From Vicugna vicugna (Eukaryota): a stretch of DNA of 64,000 bases. Below, in pieces: positions 39,701 to 53,870 of this stretch. The notes under the pieces were generated by a model that saw only the letters and a program-made list of their open reading frames with translations, was not told the origin of the DNA and ran no database searches. The position numbers and the translations under genes were made by a program. The stretch covers positions 3,575,003 through 3,639,002 of the forward strand of contig MU058065.1 of the NCBI GenBank assembly GCA_013265495.1, written 5' to 3'. Every line of letters begins with the position of its first letter. The stretch's first letter is position 1.

Positions 39701-41895
39701 GAGGCAAAACAGGAAATGTTGGGAGCTAACATAATGAGACTTGACCTGCATGGGTTGTACTGGAGAGAGTCTGGCTATGAAATCACTCAGATGTGGATTT
39801 GGATTCTGATTCGATCTCCTCTTAGTGTTTACTTATGCCCTCCAGGCAGTAGCCCCTTTGAGCTGCCATTTTCAAAACTGAGTAATAGCTCATAAAATGG
39901 TGGGATTAACTAAGTTCATTTTATGTGTCAGAACACAAGTCTGGTGCATATTGTGAACTCCCAAGAAAGGTTAATTTTCTTTCCTTCCCCACTGTGTGTA
40001 AAGGACCCAATATTCTACTTCTCAATGAAGAAATGTGTGTGGCACGGAGGCCCATAGTTTGGTGAAAATAAGGCAGAAAAAAAGATGTTAATCCTTACTT
40101 TATGGGGTAGCAATGTCTGTTAGTATTTACTTCAGAACATTAAAAATTGTTTTCATTGTAAAAATACTAAAATCCCATTAAGGAAAAATTAGAAACCAAA
40201 GAAAAGCCTAAAATTAAAAAAAAAAAAAACTCATCTAAAGAGCCACAACCTAGACCTAACAACTGGTAATGTTTTGCTCTGGGGATGATAATGTTAGGCA
40301 ATGCCGGCCCACTTGTTAGGGATGCTGAAAGAAAAATGAGATATTTGTAAAAAGTTTAAAAAATTTTTGGATAAAAGTTACCACATAAATATAGTGCTCT
40401 GCTGTTTCCTTTTCACTTTCAAAATGATCGTTAAAGATTTAAATATTGTGGTCCTCTTTTGGACTGGTCAGCCTTTCAGATCCTGAAGAATTGCCCCAAT
40501 ATTGGGGAAAAGAAGACATCTTGAGGAAGAGAACTTTGCTATCTCATAAATTATTATCCTAGCAGCTAATTGGATTTTATGCCTTTTAAATAATTTATTT
40601 CATTTAAGAAAAAGTACCGACCATGGCAACCTGAGCTTATGATGCCCTATTGCCGCAGAGATGGATTGGAACTAATTTCTTTTTCTAGTGATAAGCAGTT
40701 ACATTGCATTTCTGACAGCCGGTAACTGGAAAATCTTCATGCACGAAAAAGGAACTGGCTGAGTTACTACACATTCATAGCATCGTATAAAACTCCATTG
40801 TCTAAGTGACTAATATCACACCACAGGAAATCAGCACTTGGGCGCAAATGTCTTCCAGTCTTTGGAAATGCAGTGCATATTATCCAGTTACTCAGTCTGT
40901 GTCATGAAATATGAAAATAGTCTAGGAAAGTCACATCCCGCTTGACCTTTGCAGAATGATTTAATAAAGTTGGCTTGATACAAAAATATGAAAGAGTAAT
41001 TGCTGATGAAAGCGGAATTGTGGCTTCCTTCTTTCAGATCCTCCTTTCTTTGGAAACACTTCACAGGCTTTATTAACTCTTTAATGTTTTGGTAATTGGT
41101 GGCATTTGTCCCCGAGGCCATGTTGCCAGCCTTGGACTTGGGTTCCATTACAGCAGAGATTCCGTGTCTCCTAGGTTTTCATCCCCTTTCAGCACTCATC
41201 TTGATATCTTTGTCTATATAATTAGGCAAATATGTTTTCAATTGTTTTTACGTGTGTACACATTTCACCCCTTTTACTGCTATCTGGATTGATGTTTTAT
41301 GGGATACATTTTTCAATGGGTGGCCTCCTCTGCTTAGAGAGGTGCCAACGTTTGCTTCTGCATCCACTTAGGACTCGATCGGTTCCATCTGCAGGTGTAA
41401 CTGAATATGGTCCCTCACTTTCCCAATGAAGCCTTGATTTCCTGGGTTTTCTAACTGAGGGCTCTATTATCCCATTGTTTTATTCACTGTTACATTATTT
41501 ATTAACTGTTTTTATTATTTATTTATTTCAACTGTTATTCTGCTTCAATATGAAATATAGAGAAAATTTGGAGACTACAAGGAAGTTTAGAAAAAAAGCT
41601 TCCTTGTGGTTTTAGAACTATTATCATAATGCAATCATCGGCTGAAGTGATTTCTTCCCAGATGCCTCTTTGACGTCCCAAACTAGTCACCCTCCCAACA
41701 CATTATATGGCTTTATTTTCATCAGAGGGTGCGTCATTACCTGATATCTCCTTGCTCACTTATTTGTTTTAATTGTGACAGTGGGGAGCTTGTCTTTCTT
41801 ACTCAATGGTACTTCTCCTGTGCCTATAATGGCCTGGGATATATTTGGTCCTCAATAAATACTTGCCTAATTTAATGAGTGAACTGATTTATATT

Positions 41896-42042
41896 CTATT
41901 TTGCTCTTTTCTTTTTTTTTCTTTTTGGGAGGAGGAGGAAGGAATTAGGTTTATTTATTTTTAATGGAGATCCTGGGGATTGAACCCAGGACCTCATGCA
42001 TGCTATGCACACACTCTACCACTGAGCTATACCCTCCCCTCT
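41896..42042 (-). mobile_element. tRNA-derived SINE (camelid Vic-1-like) with 11-bp TSD
   Basis: ggggattgaacccaggacctcatgcatgct...ctaccactgagctataccctcccc, flanked by tgatttatatt at 41885-41895 and 42043-42053. Confidence 0.9.
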
Positions 42043-42159
42043 TGATTTATATTTTAAAACAGTCTTTTTTTTTTCTCTTAAACATCTAAAATACTAAAAA
42101 GTTATCAAGTAATTACTAGGTTTATGTTTTTCTTTAGATTAGCATTTCTTTTCGATGTT

Positions 42160-42415
42160 GTATCAGCCAGGGCAGGCTGGGCAATGCTGCCATAACAAAC
42201 AAGCTCAAATCTTAGTGTCTTAGGACAATGAAGATTTATTTCTCACTCTCTCTGCATGTCCAGTGAGCTCTGCCCATCAGGGTCACTCAGAGACTCTGGC
42301 TGATGGAGGTTTTATCTTTGCACATGCTTTCAGCAAGGCTGAGACAGAAGAAAGGAATGGATGAACTAGGCATTGGCTCTTAAAACGTCTGCCCACCCAG
42401 ACAAGACACATTTTA
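42160..42415 (-). mobile_element. MaLR LTR fragment (MLT1J/K-like)
   Basis: tgtatcagccagggcaggctgggcaatgctgccataacaaacaagctcaaatcttagtg...gatttatttctcact. Confidence 0.7.
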
Positions 42416-43449
42416 TATCTGTTAATAAGAACCAGCCTGGCCTGGCTTCAGAAAGATCTGGTTGGCAATCCCGAATCCCAATAGGTACTCATCAGACCTC
42501 ATGAGTCTTGGTTTTCTCAGCTATGAAATGAAGATATTAACACATTCCTTACAGTGCTGACATGAGCAATACATGGGATAATTTTCCTGCAACCTAATGG
42601 CTGTTCAATAAAAATTTGTAGGTGAGTGTTTCAAGTCGCTGAACTTGAGTTTAAGGGATTATTCATATTGACTCTTACTATAATAGTGGGTAACAGGGAG
42701 CACTCAAATGTGCAGATGCCATGGAGATTCATTCTTTTTTTCTTTTCTGTTGTGTAAAACTCGAGTTTTTAAGAACAGAAAGGAAACTGGAGTTTGTTAA
42801 TTTTATGATCTTAAATTTCCAAGGCACACAAGTATGCATAAAGGCTTGGACATAAAGATGGAAAATGACACCATCATTAAGATCCTTGAATACACACAAA
42901 AATAACCGTGGAAGGGGTGGCCATGACTGAGGCTTTCAGTCCTTTTAATATTATATACCTCATGTAAGTTACAAACTATCATAAATAAAGAGAACAAGGC
43001 AGGAAAGGGCCAGTGAGTGAAGGTCTAGCGCTAGGTTAAGACCTCGGGGTTTTCCTTGTCAGCTTCCTATGTCCTAACTGAAAATATGTACAATGTTGAG
43101 TATCCTGTTATGGAACATCATCACCTACTGGAACATTAAATAAGATGCAGGTGAGCAAAGTATAAAGTATTACTCGCTGATACATGCATTCGCTACATTT
43201 TTTCTTGCAAACTGTCTGTCTTACACTGCTCATCACAATGGCCATCGTTGTTTGCCAAGTGTGCATGTGGTGTCCTTGGATCTATTTGATTCTATTCTAC
43301 TCTATTCTATACGATGTGATTTAATTCAAGTCTATCTTGTTTTATCCTATCCTGTTCTATTCTATTAATTTCATTAAAAGAGTTCTGGTTCTGACCCCTA
43401 CATTAATTTCATGGCCAAAACTCACAATTTGCAAAATCCCGCCCTCAAA

Positions 43450-44340
43450 GATTTCATTTTGTTTCATGGCATTACTAGCTAGCCATCTAGAAAGTGATGA
43501 CACCCAAATTTACATATTTACTAGAGTGACACATTTCACTTCCGCTCATATTTCATTAGCCAAAACAAGCCACGTGGTCATTCACTGCAAACTTAATGTA
43601 TCTGAAGTAGAATTCTTTACTCCCCATCATACTGATTCCATCATACTACTCCTCATCTAAGTAAATGGCTTCCCTATTCAGCCAGTTGATTGTGCCCCCA
43701 AACTGGAGGTCATTTTGACCCTTCTTTTTCTCTCATGCTGCACATCCAAATTAACAGTACATTACAGTAGCTTTAAAATATGTATCTTAAATCCAGTCAT
43801 CTCATAATACTTCTGTTTCAAATGTTCTTGCATAGTCATTGCTCTCTCTTACCTGGATCACTACCTCAGTATCCTCCAAATGCAATCTTCACTTCCACTC
43901 TTGCCACCCTACCCAAGTCTGTTTTCCACACAGCAGCCACAGTGATTCTTTTAAATGTATGTAAAATCTTCTAATGACGTTTTCTCACATTGGAATAAAA
44001 TTCAGTCAGTGTTTTTTCAAACTGTAGTTTATGATCTGTGTGTATGTGTGTACATGTATGTAGGCATGTGTTGGTTTGTGATGATAAAGTGTTTTCCTCA
44101 CTTTGAATTTCAGTAAAAAAAAAATTGAAAATCCAAGTTTATAATCTGGCTCCTAGATCCCTTTACAATGTCTTTGTTCTGCTCCTCTGGTTTATTCAAC
44201 CTTAATCACCAGGGCTTCCTTGCCATTTCTTAGCATTCTAAACACCCACTACCTCAGGGCCTTTGTACTTGGTGTTGACGCTTCCTGAAACATCGATCAT
44301 CCAAATATTGTAGAACTTCAGTTTCCTTTATCTACTTAGA
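43450..44340 (+). mobile_element. LINE-2 remnant interrupted by smaller old repeats
   Basis: tgatgacacccaaatttacat..., ctggaggtcattttgacccttctttttctctca, ttttccacacagcagccacagtgattcttttaaa, acctcagggcctttgtactt. Confidence 0.7.
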
Positions 44341-47300
44341 AGCCCTCCCCCAATTTTTCTTTGTCATCTTCAGAGGCCTAAATGTTGGTTCAAAAAATTA
44401 GACTCTAGGACAAAGGATCAAAAAAAATGGGTATGGGGTAAAACTCATCTATTTTTCTCCTTATGGTCCTTTATTAGTATATGTATATAAAATTGAATGC
44501 TTCTTATAATCAATCTAGAAAGAGGCACATAAATAAAAAGTTAAGAATCTGCATCTCTTGCTCCGGACTCCCAATGCTAACAATAGCTGTCTATTTATTC
44601 CTTTTGCTTATACAAATGTATAAACCTGTATTTGCACATGTGGAGTTGTTTTTGTTTTTTTGCACATTACTGTGTTTTATTTTTTATGTTTCTACATAAT
44701 ACTGCAGAGGATCTGTCATAATTCATTATACCATTTTCTGATGGAAGGACCAACATTCAGGTTTCTTTCTGCGAGCAGATATACTGCAGTAAACGTATGT
44801 ATATATCTTTATCATCTCTAGCTCCAAATTCTACTTATATCTCCTTCCATGTTTGCTTCTATAGTGTGGGTTTCCGGAAGTGAGATTTTTGCGGTAAGCT
44901 ACTTTCTGTCCAGTTAACGTCCCACCCCTGCAGTAACCTAGCACCCTTCTGGCCCTAGTTTGATCGTGACTCCCACCCCCAACCATCCCATCAAAGTGCA
45001 CACAAGACGATGACAGCATGGGGTGAAGTAGCTGTTGTGGCTCCTGACCTAAGTTGTTTGTGCATAGTGACCCCACCTCAGAAGTAGTCTGCTCCTTTGA
45101 CCACTGACAAAAGGGGCAATTAATATAAAATTCATGTGCTTTTTGGATTGTATTCTGAACTACTTACCTTTCAGAGGACTTTGAATAAAACTAAACACGT
45201 AAGGGACTTAGGAAAAATTTTATATGGTTCACAACAGAGGAGGGGAAAAGTGTGGCTACTAAATGCTCTTCAAAGTCCCATTCAGTTGTGTTGCTGGTGT
45301 ATGTACCCGTGAGCGTGTGAGAAAGAATACAGTAAATATATCATTAGAGTACCAACATACCATAAACATTTTTTAAAGATAATTCCACCATATAATATGA
45401 ATTTAAATCTGTATTTTTATTAGAATTCGTTTGACATTAGTATAATGGAACAACTTTTTTTTTCTCTTCATCTTAGCTTTTCTTTCATGATTTGCTTTTT
45501 CTTGGCTTTATCTTTTAGAGCTTCTAAGTTATTTAATTTTCTTATTTTTCAAGTTTAAAGCAATTAATATTGGCAATTAAACAAATTTGTGGTTTAAAAA
45601 ATCCTTAGTTTAAGGTTTAACTGAAATAAAGGCAACAACAAATAAAAATACCAAACTCAAAGTGAATGTGTGGACCAGAAAAAACATAACGAAAAAAATG
45701 GCTATAAATTCACCAGGAATGAAACAAGTTAAATAGTCTGACACACACACATAGTCAACAATAAAGTGAATATTCTATTTTAGGATGTTCAAATTAATTT
45801 TATCAAACTGATTAACATACACAACCTGAAACAATCCCTCTATTTTAAAGCGAATTTGAATGATCAATTCCAAAATGATATAATAAAAAAGCCAAAGGGT
45901 AATAATATATAAAGACCATTATTAAATGACTCTACATGGCAGTGTTGGCTACCTGGCTTCACTGTATCAGAGATCTCAACTCAGAACCTAGGACACTGAT
46001 CAAATAAAAATCAATAAATGAAAGGGGATTTCATGACTTCATTATTGTTGGCTATATTCTCTTAGCCAGAGGGTTTTTTTTCTTTTTTTCCCTCCATGAG
46101 AAAATGAAGAATTTAATTCTGGAGAGCGGTGGGGGTGTGCACAACTACAGTGCTATCGCTTCTATTCTGATCTTGCTCAAGTTCATCAGGGAAAATTAAC
46201 CTTGGCAGCTTATTCAGTGACTAAATCTTGATATTTTTCTGGCTTAATTCATAACATAACTGTAAGCTATTGCTCCATGTTTATATTTCCCATTCATTTC
46301 TCACATTTCCAAAGCATGCTGATATGTGATCCGGGCAGTTTAGCTACCATAATTGGCATTTTTCTTGGGCCAAAAGGAAACAAATTCCTTATCCTCCATA
46401 CTTTTTTAATTTCTGAAAAACAACAAGTAACATGGTTAATCCTCTTTTTGATCTTTTTTTCCTTTTGAATTTTCCTTATATTCTTTCTCTCTTTTAATCT
46501 TTTACTTTCTTTTTAATCTTCTCATTTTGCCCCACCCCTTTTATTTGATTTCTCGTTATGTATTTCTTTAAAAGAATTGGTCCAGTCTATGGAAATGGGC
46601 CTTTAGAGTCTGTTCAAAGAGCCATTATCCACAGTTAGAGGCCCTACTCTTTCTTTAAAGAATTTCATTGCAGCATTTGCCAAGTTGTCCCAAAAGACTA
46701 TCTTTCACAGTATTAGCAAAACAAAACATAAATCTTGTGGGAAAGTGATGTTCAATGAAATTATTATTTTTTGTGATGAAAAGTTAAATTAAAATACATT
46801 AGATTTTTCATTTTCTGCATATACATGGTAAGACAAAAGGTTATCTTAACAAATCAGAAAAATTGGTAATTGATTTAACAGGCTACTTAGCTTTTTCAGT
46901 CAGAAGCATCCAAATACATCCTTTTCTTTAATTCCTGTTAGACTACTTTGGTGATGATGATGGCAGCAGAAGGGCAGTTTAGTTTCAGATGCAGACACTG
47001 TTGAATTAATCTTTACTTTCTTACACTGCTTTGAAACTCACATAGCAGTGATATTGTTCATGTGTAAAGTACATTTTTAAGAGTAGCCAAAATTTTGGAA
47101 AGGAATGAATGTTAGGGAAGTTAAAAACAAAAATATGTAGGCCTTCTACCTAACTTGAAAAGACTCATTTAAAATGAGTTGCCTATTTCTCTTATAAGTT
47201 ACATTTTCAAAACACACTCATAAGATGTTTGGCTGCTGGTCTAATGTTACACCTTTCTCTTTCATCTTTCTTTTTACTACAAACCCCTAATGACAAATGC

Positions 47301-49659
47301 AGGCCAGCCAGTGATACTGATATACCACAAGCTTAGCATGTGAATTAGTCATCAGACAATCAGTTCAGGGGTCAGGCTTAGAGAAACAGTGCAAAATTTG
47401 CAAAATGCAGGTCGGCAGAAGTGCTCTCCACTTCAAAGGGGGCGTGCTTGGCCACGAGAATTCGGATCCCAGGCAGAAACAGCTGGGATTGTCGTTTGTT
47501 CAGAGATGGAAGGTTTGTGTGTGTTTGAGCATGTTTGTAGCTGAGGTAGAGTTTCACGACTTTGTAAAACAACAGTTTACTTTAGGTGGCTGTGCTGGTA
47601 AAACACAATAGGAAGTTAGTGTCCACAGAAGTCCAGGTCACTCCTATCAAGCAAGGGGACAGACTCCACCAAAAAGACATCTGAAATGTCCCCATGCAGT
47701 TTCCTTGCTCAGGACTGCTAATGATTTCATTTCTTGAGAAATTTATGAAAGCATTTCCTTTTCTTGGGAGTGAAGTTAGAATATGGTCTTGTTTGTTTGG
47801 GAATCGAAGTGAAAAGATTAAATTTTGAGTGTATTCTGAAGATTTTAGAATCTGCTTTTTCTATTTCTTTTTTTTCCCCAAGGACACATAAATGAAATGA
47901 AAGGTACGTTCAGATTTTTGTTTGAAAATACTATGTAGAAAACCAATGTGTCCTTTTCCACTTCAATTTATTTTTCCTGGAACAACAACAAAAAGGGGGG
48001 GGGTGGTAGTCAAGTCTGCATGTTACTCTAATGTTAAAACTTGTTTTAATTAAACTTGCAATGAATTCACATTTGTATTCAGTCTGTAAGTGCATGTTAG
48101 TTTCAGTTTTAAAAATGAGAGTTTTCTGTGTGTGCTTAGGGCTTCAGGGCAAACCATCCATGATCAAGTAGCCAGAATTCAGCAGGTAGGGAAGTTGCTG
48201 CCTTACAAAGGAGGAAATAAACAGGATACTAGCTTGATCTCAAGCTGAAGTCCCTTTTCCATTCTTCACAAAGTTTACAGTGTGAATCAGGAGAAATGGA
48301 TTCTTGCATCTCTCGGTGTTTTTCCAACTACTGGAAAGAAAACTGGAAAGCAAAGTAAAAAATGCTACAGAAGAGAAAAAAAAAATCCAAAATCCAAACC
48401 ATATGACAATGCCTATTTCTTCATTTTCTTTGTCATGTTGTTTTACTCTTTCCTGGCATTAACTGTCTTTTTGGGTTATAGTCCTTCCAAGAAAGCCATT
48501 TCAAAGAAAGATCTTTACCAGGAGTTCAATGAGAATGAGCACTGAAACAAAAATGTGACCCTTCCATGGCGGAGAAGTATTACTTTGAAGACGAAAGTAT
48601 TCTTTGAACACTGAAACAAGGATACTGTGCTAAATACTTGTAGAAGGTTCCTATCTCAGGGAGGATGTAGACACCTTATTCAGCTAATTCCAGCCTGATA
48701 AGCCAAATTATTGCCTAAACGCAGATGATATATCTGAAGCAAAAGAAAAAAGACCGACTTTCTAAAAAGCTGATTTATTTGCAAAGAACTTTAAAGAAGC
48801 AGCATAACTTACAATGGCTTTTTTTTCTTTTTATAAGTCAGTATGAACATGCCACTAATTTATCTGAGAACATCAGTAATGGATCTTTTTTTTGGATTGT
48901 GTTCTTTCAAGTTATGGGAAGAAAAAGAAGCAAAAACTGTTCAAATCAAGTCTGGTGAATAGTTTGAAGGAATTTGTCACTTATGATATTATCTGGCTAT
49001 AAAGATCGTGGGTTTTTGCTTTCACTGGGAATTAACTCCGGGAGTACATGCAGTAGAGCAGAACACGTTTTACCCTTCTTTATGAACTAACACTACTGAA
49101 TATGGGAATATATCAATTCCCTCCTTGCCACCCACCCCCACCTCCAGTTGAGTTCATATGCAATGGGAAAATTATTAGCACAACATCTGCAGAACATAAT
49201 TACACTGCTGTTTTATATCCTTTACTGGAAAGCTAGGAGTTGAAAGCTGACATTTTTCCCCATGACTTGAAAACATTCATAAACTTATAACATGAATGTT
49301 TCTCTGATGTCCATGATTATTTATTTCCACAGGCTATACCCATGAATGTTAAACAGGTAAATTTTAAAATACTTAACAAGTTAATACAAAAGCACAGTAT
49401 ATTTAATGTATATTTATTTACAATGTATCAGATTGTCTAACTCTTTCTGTCAATAATTTCTTTGACATTGTAGATTGATTTAGAGACCCCTCGTGTTTGT
49501 TTTGAGCATCAGAAATTTCAGTGGCACTCTTAAAAGTGTTATAAGAATAACAACATCACCTGTATTAACAAACATTACATTGCAAACATTATTAGTAAAT
49601 AAGGATGGTTCCCACTGTCTACAAATGATTGTGTTGTGGCCAAATTTCACCAGTGTATA

Positions 49660-50245
49660 AACTCATTAATTGAGTGCCCACTATGTGACAGGCACACATC
49701 TAGGAGCTGGGGATCTTCATGGAGATTACCTCCTAGAGGAGGAGACAGACAATAAATAAATGCCAGGTCAAGTTATAATGGTAAGGAGAAAAATAAAGCA
49801 GGACAAGAGATTAGGGTCAGGGGTGCTGTTTTAGGTAGGAAGTTAGACCCAGTGTGTCTGGGCAGGTGATATTTGGGCAGACTTGAATGACAAGAAAAAG
49901 TTAGTTATGTGATGACCTGGGGGAAGAAGATTCTAAGTGAAGGGCTCAGAAAGTGTGAAAGCAATGTAAAGGGGGAAGAGCTGGGCATATTGGAAGACAA
50001 ATTCAACTGGAGAAAAGTGAAAAGGGAGAGAGTCGGGAACGTGTGTATGGGAGAGGGAGAAATGCAAGCCCTTGCTGGTCATGGTAGAAACATCGAATTC
50101 TATTCCAAGCATGAGGGGAAGACATTGGAGGGTTTTAATGATTGTTTTAAAAGGATTACTCTGACTGTTGTGTGAATAGACTCTAGGGAGGCAAGAGTGG
50201 AGCCAGGAAGCTGCTGAAATGGTCCAGGAGAGAAATGATGTATCT
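49660..50245 (-). mobile_element. LINE-2 3' remnant
   Basis: attgagtgcccactatgtgacaggcac...ggagacagacaataaataaa...ttttaaaaggattactctgactgttgtgtgaatagact...ggtccaggagagaaatgatg. Confidence 0.75.
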
Positions 50246-50899
50246 TGGACACACGGCTGCCCACATAGCTGTGCAGGTTGTGCACAGGCTATAATTCTCA
50301 AATGCAGCTCTGCTCCATCACTCCTCCATGGATCAGTTCTGTTCTTGATTCGAAATTCAGTTTTGTTTAATCTTAGTGCGAACTTCAGCCATAGACAATT
50401 AAGATGTGAAATCATCCTCACTAATAAGCATCATTTTAGATCATGAAATTGTTGTTCATTCTTTTAGTGCAATAAACTATAATGTATTGCACCTTTGGCA
50501 TATTATAATTTAAATTTTCATTTTTTTGGATGTGATAAACTCATTTAGGGGAGAAAGAAATAAAATAGATGGATAAAATTAAGATAAGGAGTGATGGATA
50601 GCCAAGTACTAATTTAGGAGAAACATTCCCAATAAATTTATTAAGTCATTACTATTGCAGTAAAAAATAAATCCCCAAAACTTTAGCTAGTGATGCATGA
50701 AGGGGTGGTTATACTTTGAAAAAGCAGCATGATGATTTTATTAGCACAAATTAAATTCTTAGAAGAACTGATAAAGAAATCTAACTCTTATCAAATGCTT
50801 CCTTTGTGGCAGGCATTTTGGTAAACACACCACTTGCTTTATTTTATTTAATCATCAAAACAATTCCAGGAGGTAGATACTATCATCTCCAATCTTAAG

Positions 50900-52844
50900 A
50901 CATTTTTCCAGTGTCATATTAAATACAAAAAAAAAACCCTAAAGACACTACCAAAAAACTATTAGAATTAATAAATGAATTTAGTAAACTTGCAGGATAA
51001 GAACTAGTATACAGAAATCTGTTACATTTCTCTACACTAATAACAAACTATTAGAAAGAGAAATGAAAAAAATTTCCATTTACAATTGTGTAAAAAATAC
51101 CTAGGAATAAATTTAACCAAGGAGGTGAAAGACGTGCACACTGGAAACTATAAGATACTGATAAAATAAATTGCAGATGACACAAATAAATGGAAAGGTA
51201 TGCAGTGCTCTTGGATAAGAAGAATTAATATTGTTAAAATGCCCATAATATACAAAGCAATCTGTAGATTCTTGAGAAAGAAGAAGAAAGCAGGATGTAT
51301 CATGCTCCTCGAGACAAACTATATTACAAAGCTACAGTAATTAAAACAGGCTGGTACTGGCACAAAAACAGACCCATAGATCAATGCAACAGAATAGAGA
51401 GACCAAAAGCAAACCTATGCTGTTATGGTCAATTAATCTATGACAAAAAGTGCAAGAATATGCAATAAGGAAAAGATGGCCTCTTCAACAAATGGTGTTG
51501 GGAAAACTGGATAGTTACATGCAAAAGAATGAAATTGAACCACTTTCTTATACCATATACAAGAATGAATTGAAGACTTAAATGTAAGACTTGAAACCAT
51601 GAAACTCCTACACAGACAGCAAACTCTTTGACATCAGTCTTAGCAATATTTTTTTTGGATATGTCTCTTGAGGCAAATGAAACAAAAGCAGATATGCAAA
51701 TGGGGCTACATCAAATTGAAAAGCTTTGCACAGCAAAGAAAACTGTCAATATAATGAAAAGCAACCTACTGAATGAGAGAAGTTATTTGCAAATGATATA
51801 TTTGACAGGAGGTTGATATCCGAAATATATAAAGAACTCATACAACTCAATATCAAAAACAAACAAAAAAAAACATTTAAAAATGAGCAGAGGACTTGAA
51901 TAGACATTTTTCTAAAGAAGGCATACAGATGGCCAATAGGCACATAAAATGATGCTCAACATCACTAATCATCAGGAAAATTCAAGTTAAAATCACAGTA
52001 AGATATCACTTCATGCTTGTCAGAATGGCTATCATCAAAAAGATAAGAAATAATGAGTGTTGGCAAGAATGTGGGAAAAAGGAAACCCTTGTGCTCTGTT
52101 GGTACAAACGCAAATTGGTTACAGCCACTATGGAAAAGAATATGGAGGTTCCTCAAAAAATTAAAAATAGAACTACCGTATTATTGGTAATCCCACTTCT
52201 GGCTATTTATATGAAGAAAATGAAAACACCAGTTCAAAAAGATACATGTATGCCTTTGTTCACTGTAACATTATTTACAATAGCCAAGATATGGAAGCAA
52301 CCTAAGTCAGTCTCTATCTATCATCTATCTAAAATAGTAATAGTATACATATATTATATGTATTATAATATTATAATATATAATATTAATATTATATGTA
52401 TATAATATTGCTCAGCCATAAGAAAGAATCAAATCTTGCCATTTGCAACAACATGGATGGATCCGAAGGATAATTATGCTAACTAAAATCAGTCAGACAG
52501 AAAAAGACAAATACTGCATGACTTCACTAAAAACCAAAACAAACAAAACAAACAAAACAGAACAGACACAGACTCATCAACAACAAACTGGTGGTTGTTG
52601 GGGGATGGAAGAAATAGGGGACAGGGATTAAGATGTGCCAGGTTCCAGTTAAAATAAGTCACGGAGCTGCAGCGTATGAAAAGGGAATATAGTCAATAAA
52701 GTTGCAGTGACTTTGTGTGATGACAGATGGCAATTAGACTTATCATGTTGCTCATTTCATAATGTATAAAAACATCAAATCACTATGTTGTACACCTGAA
52801 ACTAATATAACATCTATGGTAATTATAATTCAATGAAAAAGAAA
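50900..52844 (+). mobile_element. Decayed LINE-1 3' fragment (ORF2 3' part and 3' UTR)
   Basis: Frameshifted ORF2 remnants (e.g. VRMAIIKKIRNNECWQECGKKETL, LFTIAKIWKQPK, EKDKYCMTSL) and an L1 3' UTR ending in tgtacacctgaaactaatataac followed by an A-rich tail. Confidence 0.93.
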
Positions 52845-53329
52845 GTTGTGCAATGTTACACAAATGGTAAGTAAAGCTGACCTAGATTTTGAACCCATAC
52901 TTGTTTACCTCCAAAGCTTGTATTTTTTTTTTTTTTAACTATTAGTTACAGGGCCTTATGCCTGGCTCATTAGGACTTGTGGAGAAAGGAAGCATGTGTG
53001 GCTTCAGAAAATGGCAGATGAATGATAAGGCTGACTAAACTTGGGCTTTGCATTATAGTCCTTAAATTCTCCTTGATTTCTGGACAAGACATCCCAGGGG
53101 CCAAGGAATGGACATATGGGAGGAGATAGGAGTGATCGGGGTGGGAGATCTGCTGAACCAGTTGTGGATGAAGGAAACTTGTATGGACAGGAACCTAACA
53201 GGGAGTGAGTAAAACGTTTTTTTCCTCACATGTCTTCTAAGTGTCTGTGGTCAATAACTGAGTCTTTTAAGAAACAAAGTTCACAGATGGAGGATTTATC
53301 TATGTGGTGCACTTGTTGGTTGCTAGCTA

Positions 53330-53870
53330 GTTACACTGCTAATGGCCTCCCCAGCATCTATGTCCACTTTCCTTCCTAATGGAACTTGGATATTACTTGG
53401 GTATTTAGTCAACCCTGTATAGCTGTGTGTCTCAGAGGAGGCTGACCCCACCCAGCCCCAGTGTGGATGTGACTTGTCTAGAGAGAGTCTAATTTCCCAT
53501 GGTAATGATTTGTTTAAAACTAAGCATGCAGCTCAAACAAAAGCAAGTCTATCAGCTGGTTTTAAGGGGAAGTTTTGCCTCCCAAGAAAAAGTCAAAGGA
53601 AGAGACAGACACTTTTCTTCTTCCTGACACTGTTTCATGATGTGATATCCTGTGCTAATTTGACCATTTTGGTCCAGCATGTGATGTGGGCAGAAGAGAG
53701 GACAGGAAAGAACCTGGATTCCTCTTGACACCATTGGTCTGCTGACTCAACCAACCATGAAGCTTTATTCAGCTTTAGACCTTCTGTTACGTGGAATTAA
53801 AGTTCCTTTTTGTTTCAGCCAGTTTGAGTTTGATTCTGTTGCTTATAGTCAAACACCATTCTCACTGGTA
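53330..53870 (+). mobile_element. MaLR LTR (MLT1J-like)
   Basis: gaggctgaccccaccc..., tagaccttctgttacgtggaattaaagttcctttttgtttcagccagtttgagtttgattctgttgcttatagtcaaac...actggtata as the LTR 3' end. Confidence 0.72.

Noticed and set aside
41960..42040. tRNA gene (antisense A/B boxes)
   Set aside because: It is the head of a multi-copy SINE with a tail and TSD, not a complete cloverleaf.
49933..50421. 162-aa minus-strand ORF
   Set aside because: Largely overlaps an L2 remnant and has no protein-like features.
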